From Alphaproteobacteria bacterium (GTDB taxonomy: Bacteria > Pseudomonadota > Alphaproteobacteria > MPNO01), in assembly GCA_965248835.1 (NCBI GenBank), contig CBDFLJ010000002.1:1344001-1408000 (forward strand): DNA of 64,000 nt, written 5' to 3'. The notes beneath the pieces are model-generated. The model made no database searches and was not told where the DNA came from. It worked only from the letters and a program-made list of their open reading frames with translations. A program made the translations under genes and the position numbers. The first letter of the stretch is position 1. Each line of letters opens with the position of its first letter. Below are positions 60,749 through 64,000 of this stretch, piece after piece.

Positions 60749-61195
60749 TCAGGCCCCGGCCGCGGCCGCCTCGGTTTCGTCAGCCGCGGTAACCTGGACC
60801 GGGCCGGAATCAACCCCCTTTGCCTCCGGGTTGCGGTCGACTAGCTCGATCACCGCCATCGGTGCGGAATCGCCGTAGCGGAACCCGGCCCGCAGGACCC
60901 GCGTATAGCCACCTTGGCGCGCGGCGTAGCGTTCGGCGAGCGTGGTGAACAGCTTGTCGGCGAGCTTGGCGTCCCCGCCCAGCCGGCGGATCGCTTGGCG
61001 TCTGGCGTGCAGATCGGCGCTGCCGCGCTTGCCGAGCGTGATCAACCGGTCGACGATCGGGCGCAGCTCCTTCGCCTTGGGCAGGGTGGTCTTGATCTGC
61101 TCGTGCTTGACCAGCGCTGCGGCCATGTTGCGGAACAGCGCCGTGCGGTGCGCACTGCTCCGGTTGAGCTTGCGGCCGCGAACCCGATGGCGCAT
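60749..61195 (-). CDS. rplQ: 50S ribosomal protein L17
   Basis: MRH....RKLNR...[32 protein letters not shown]. Confidence 0.97.
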   Translation of the reverse strand: MRHRVRGRKLNRSSAHRTALFRNMAAALVKHEQIKTTLPKAKELRPIVDRLITLGKRGSADLHARRQAIRRLGGDAKLADKLFTTLAERYAARQGGYTRVLRAGFRYGDSAPMAVIELVDRNPEAKGVDSGPVQVTAADETEAAAAGA

Positions 61196-61230
61196 TACCC
61201 TTCTCCCCGATGAACGACGGCGGTCCGGAC

Positions 61231-62253
61231 CTAGTAAGGCTCGTCCAGACGTCTGGCCAGATCCTCGATGTTCTCGGGCGGCCAACTGATGATGTCCATG
61301 CCCAGCGTCAGGCCCATCGTTGCCAGCACTTCCTTGATTTCATTGAGCGACTTACGCCCGAAATTAGGGGTGCGCAGCATTTCCTGCTCGGACTTCTGCA
61401 CCAGATCGCCGATATAGATGATGTTGTCGTTCTTCAGGCAGTTGGCGGAGCGGACCGACAACTCGAGCTCGTCGACCTTGCGCAACAGGTTCTTGTTGAG
61501 CGTTGGCTCGCTCGGCTGGATGTCTTCCGAGCGCGTCGAGGGCTCCTCGAAGTTGATGAAAAGCTGGAGCTGGTCCTGAAGGATCCGCGCAGCAAGCGCC
61601 ACTGCATCCTCCGGCGAGATCACTCCGTTGGTCTCGATTTCAAGCGACAGCTTGTCGTAATCGGTCACCTGGCCGACGCGGGTATTCTCGACCCGGAAGG
61701 CCACCTTGCGCACGGGGCTGAACACCGCATCGACCGGCATCAGGCCGATAGGCGCGTCCTCGGCACGGTTCTGCGTGGCCGGCACGTAGCCCTTGCCGTT
61801 ATCGACGGTCATCTCCATCGAGATCTTGGCGCCCTCGTCCAACGTGCAGATCACGATGTCCGGCTCGACGATCTCGATGTCGTGGCCCACCTCGATCATG
61901 CCGGCGGTGATCTCGCCTGGCCCGCTGCGGTTGAGATACATCCGCTTGGGTCCGTCGCCGTGCATGCGCAGCGCCAAGGACTTGATGTTGAGCACGATGT
62001 CCGTCACGTCCTCGCGGACTCCCGGGATCGAGGAGAACTCGTGAAGAACGCCGTCGATCTGAACGGCGGTGCAGGCCGCGCCCTGGAGCGAAGACAGCAG
62101 CACCCGGCGCAGCGCGTTGCCGAGCGTCACGCCGAACCCGCGCTCGAGCGGTTCGGCGACGATCGTTGCGAACCGGCTCGAATCGGTGCCCGGCAGGATC
62201 TCGAGCTTGTTCGGCTTGATCAGTTCCTGCCAGTTCTTCTGAATTATCGACAT
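61231..62253 (-). CDS. rpoA: DNA-directed RNA polymerase subunit alpha
   Basis: [44 protein letters not shown]. Confidence 0.98.
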   Translation of the reverse strand: MSIIQKNWQELIKPNKLEILPGTDSSRFATIVAEPLERGFGVTLGNALRRVLLSSLQGAACTAVQIDGVLHEFSSIPGVREDVTDIVLNIKSLALRMHGDGPKRMYLNRSGPGEITAGMIEVGHDIEIVEPDIVICTLDEGAKISMEMTVDNGKGYVPATQNRAEDAPIGLMPVDAVFSPVRKVAFRVENTRVGQVTDYDKLSLEIETNGVISPEDAVALAARILQDQLQLFINFEEPSTRSEDIQPSEPTLNKNLLRKVDELELSVRSANCLKNDNIIYIGDLVQKSEQEMLRTPNFGRKSLNEIKEVLATMGLTLGMDIISWPPENIEDLARRLDEPY

Positions 62254-62341
62254 CTCTTGCGATCCTCGACGAAGAATTTCGATCGGCGGCGCTAGCCCGG
62301 CCGCCGAAGCCACCGCCTTCGATGCGGCGCCTCGGCTGGCC

Positions 62342-62734
62342 TCAGACGCGGCGACGCTTGCGCGGACGGCAGCCGTTATGGGGGATAGGCGTGACGTCGC
62401 GTATTGAGGTGATGCTGAAACCGACCGCCTGCAAAGCCCGCAGCGCCGATTCACGGCCCGAACCCGGGCCCTTGACGCGGATTTCCAGGGTCTTCACCCC
62501 GTGTTCCTGCGCCTTGCGGCCGGCGTCCTCGGCGGCCATCTGGGCTGCATAGGGCGTGGATTTGCGCGAGCCCTTGAAACCCTGGGACCCGGAGGAAGAC
62601 CAGGAGATCGTGTTGCCCTGGGCGTCGGTGATGGTGATCTTGGTGTTGTTGAAAGAGGCGAATACGTGGGCGACGCCCGAAGTGATGTTCTTACGCTCGC
62701 GACGACGGACCCGCGTGGTGGTTGCTCGTGCCAT
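62342..62734 (-). CDS. rpsK: 30S ribosomal protein S11
   Basis: [38 protein letters not shown]. Confidence 0.98.
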   Translation of the reverse strand: MARATTTRVRRRERKNITSGVAHVFASFNNTKITITDAQGNTISWSSSGSQGFKGSRKSTPYAAQMAAEDAGRKAQEHGVKTLEIRVKGPGSGRESALRALQAVGFSITSIRDVTPIPHNGCRPRKRRRV

Positions 62735-62759
62735 CTTGTTCCCTATATCCGGCCGCGCG

Positions 62760-63122
62760 TTACTTCTTGCCCGCGATCGGCCGTGCACGGCCCTTCCGGG
62801 TGCGCGCGTTGGTATGGGTGCGCTGGCCCCGCACCGGCAGGTTGCGCCTGTGCCTGAGACCGCGATAGCAGCCCAGGTCCATCAGCCGCTTGATGTTCAT
62901 CGCGGTCTCGCGCCGCAAATCGCCCTCGATCTTCTGGTCCCGGTCAATGATGTCGCGGATGCGGACCAGCTCGTCATCGCCCAGGTCGTTGGCCCGGGTG
63001 GTCCCGACGACATCGGCCTTGTGGCAGATCTCGCGGCCGCTGGTGCGCCCGATGCCGTAGATATAGGTGAGTGCGATCTCGATCGGCTTGTTCGGCAAAT
63101 TTACGCCGGATATGCGCGCCAC
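62760..63122 (-). CDS. rpsM: 30S ribosomal protein S13
   Basis: [21 protein letters not shown]...[16 protein letters not shown]. Confidence 0.97.
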   Translation of the reverse strand: MARISGVNLPNKPIEIALTYIYGIGRTSGREICHKADVVGTTRANDLGDDELVRIRDIIDRDQKIEGDLRRETAMNIKRLMDLGCYRGLRHRRNLPVRGQRTHTNARTRKGRARPIAGKK

Positions 63123-63191
63123 GACGCGTCCTCCTGCTGCCAGTCCAGGGTGGGGATTTCGGAGCTGTCGGGCCCCAGCCGGGGCCGGCGG

Positions 63192-63219
63192 ATTATAGGG
63201 GTTCGCATTGGCTAGTCAA
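63192..63219 (-). promoter_or_regulatory. sigma70 promoter of the rpsM-rpsK-rpoA-rplQ operon
   Basis: TTGACT-N16-TATAAT; the -35 box overlaps the last adk codons. Confidence 0.7.
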
Positions 63220-63874
63220 CCGCCTCCAGCGCGCCGACAAGTGCGTCGATCTGCCTGGTGACCTCATCGATCGGCGTCATGCCGTCGACGCTCCTGAGCG
63301 TGCCCTTGCCGCGGTAATAAGGCAAAAGCGGCGCGGTCTGTTCGTGATAGGCCGCGAGTCTCGTTCGGACGATCTGTGCGTTGTCGTCGGCCCGGCGCTT
63401 GAACGCGGTATGCCCGCAGCGGTCGCAAACACCGTTGACCCTGGTCGGCTGAAACGCGTCGTGATAGCCCGCCCCGCAATCGGCGCAGGAGAACCGTCCG
63501 GTGATCCGCCGCACCAGAGCCGCATCGTCGACCTTCATCTCGATCGCCGCGTCGAGCCGCCGGTGTTTACACGACAGCATGTCGTCAAGCGCCTCGGCCT
63601 GGGCGACGGTACGGGGAAAGCCGTCCAGGACGAACCCGCCGGCGCAATCGGGCGCCTCGATGCGTTGCTCGATCATCGCCACCATGACGTTATCGGGGAC
63701 CAGCTTGCCCGCCTCCATGACCGCCTTGGCGGTCTTGCCGACCTCGCTGCCCGAGGCCACCGCCGCGCGCAGCATCTCGCCGGTCGATAGCTGCTCCAGC
63801 CCGTGAGCGTCCTGCAGGCGCTGCGCCTGCGTGCCCTTGCCGGCGCCCGGAGGACCCAGGAGGATCAGATTCAT
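63212..63874 (-). CDS. adk: Adenylate kinase with four-Cys (zinc) lid
   Basis: [30 protein letters not shown]...CDRCG, RADD. Confidence 0.97.
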   Translation of the reverse strand: MNLILLGPPGAGKGTQAQRLQDAHGLEQLSTGEMLRAAVASGSEVGKTAKAVMEAGKLVPDNVMVAMIEQRIEAPDCAGGFVLDGFPRTVAQAEALDDMLSCKHRRLDAAIEMKVDDAALVRRITGRFSCADCGAGYHDAFQPTRVNGVCDRCGHTAFKRRADDNAQIVRTRLAAYHEQTAPLLPYYRGKGTLRSVDGMTPIDEVTRQIDALVGALEAVD

Positions 63875-64000
63875 CCACGCCGCCCCCGGAGCTTCGACTT
63901 CTTGATCAGCCCCTCGTATTGATGAGCGATCAGATGTGACTGGACCTGAGCCACCGTGTCCATCGTGACCGTCACGACGATCAGGAGGCTGGTCCCGCCG
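63871..64000 (-). CDS. secY: Preprotein translocase SecY, C-terminal fragment
   Basis: Hand translation [42 protein letters not shown]; the stop overlaps the adk ATG. Confidence 0.93.
   Translation of the reverse strand, partial: GGTSLLIVVTVTMDTVAQVQSHLIAHQYEGLIKKSKLRGRRG

Noticed and set aside
63212-63874. Four-Cys zinc lid in adenylate kinase
   Set aside because: Known variant that also occurs in Alphaproteobacteria; not novel

Overview
GC-rich (about 65-70% by eye) alphaproteobacterial chromosome segment, judged from gene order and from the ClpP, RpoA and Aap sequences. Housekeeping blocks are tRNA-Leu-tig-clpP-clpX-lon-hupB-tRNA-Val-tRNA-Asp, cinA-like/sfsA/map/radC, and secY-adk-rpsM-rpsK-rpoA-rplQ-degQ-rarA-rluA-HAD. 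Between them sit accessory catabolic genes: (i) a TRAP binding protein divergent from a ComDE-like ThDP decarboxylase, facing a PLP enzyme/CoA-transferase/LLM/5-oxoprolinase run; (ii) an AceE-like dehydrogenase with Lrp, a ferritin-like diiron protein and a double-NIPSNAP protein; (iii) an F420 biosynthesis operon (fbiC-npdG-cofE-cofD-cofC) head-to-head with an opine dehydrogenase-LLM operon, next to an enolase-superfamily enzyme and an M24-fold hydrolase that both have non-canonical active sites, followed by aapJQMP; (iv) Rieske/SDR, UbiD, acyl-CoA ligase, FAD monooxygenase and CmcJ/NvfI-like genes. The best candidate for an undescribed system is the F420-linked opine/N-substituted amino acid module in (iii). 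Small-scale signals include a collapsed crcB-like relic, a 17-bp duplication that creates a coupled mini-ORF at the clpX start, and a 15-bp x3 repeat at the hupB terminator. I saw no integrase, transposase, rRNA or CRISPR array. All family calls come from motif recognition by eye; no database search was run.
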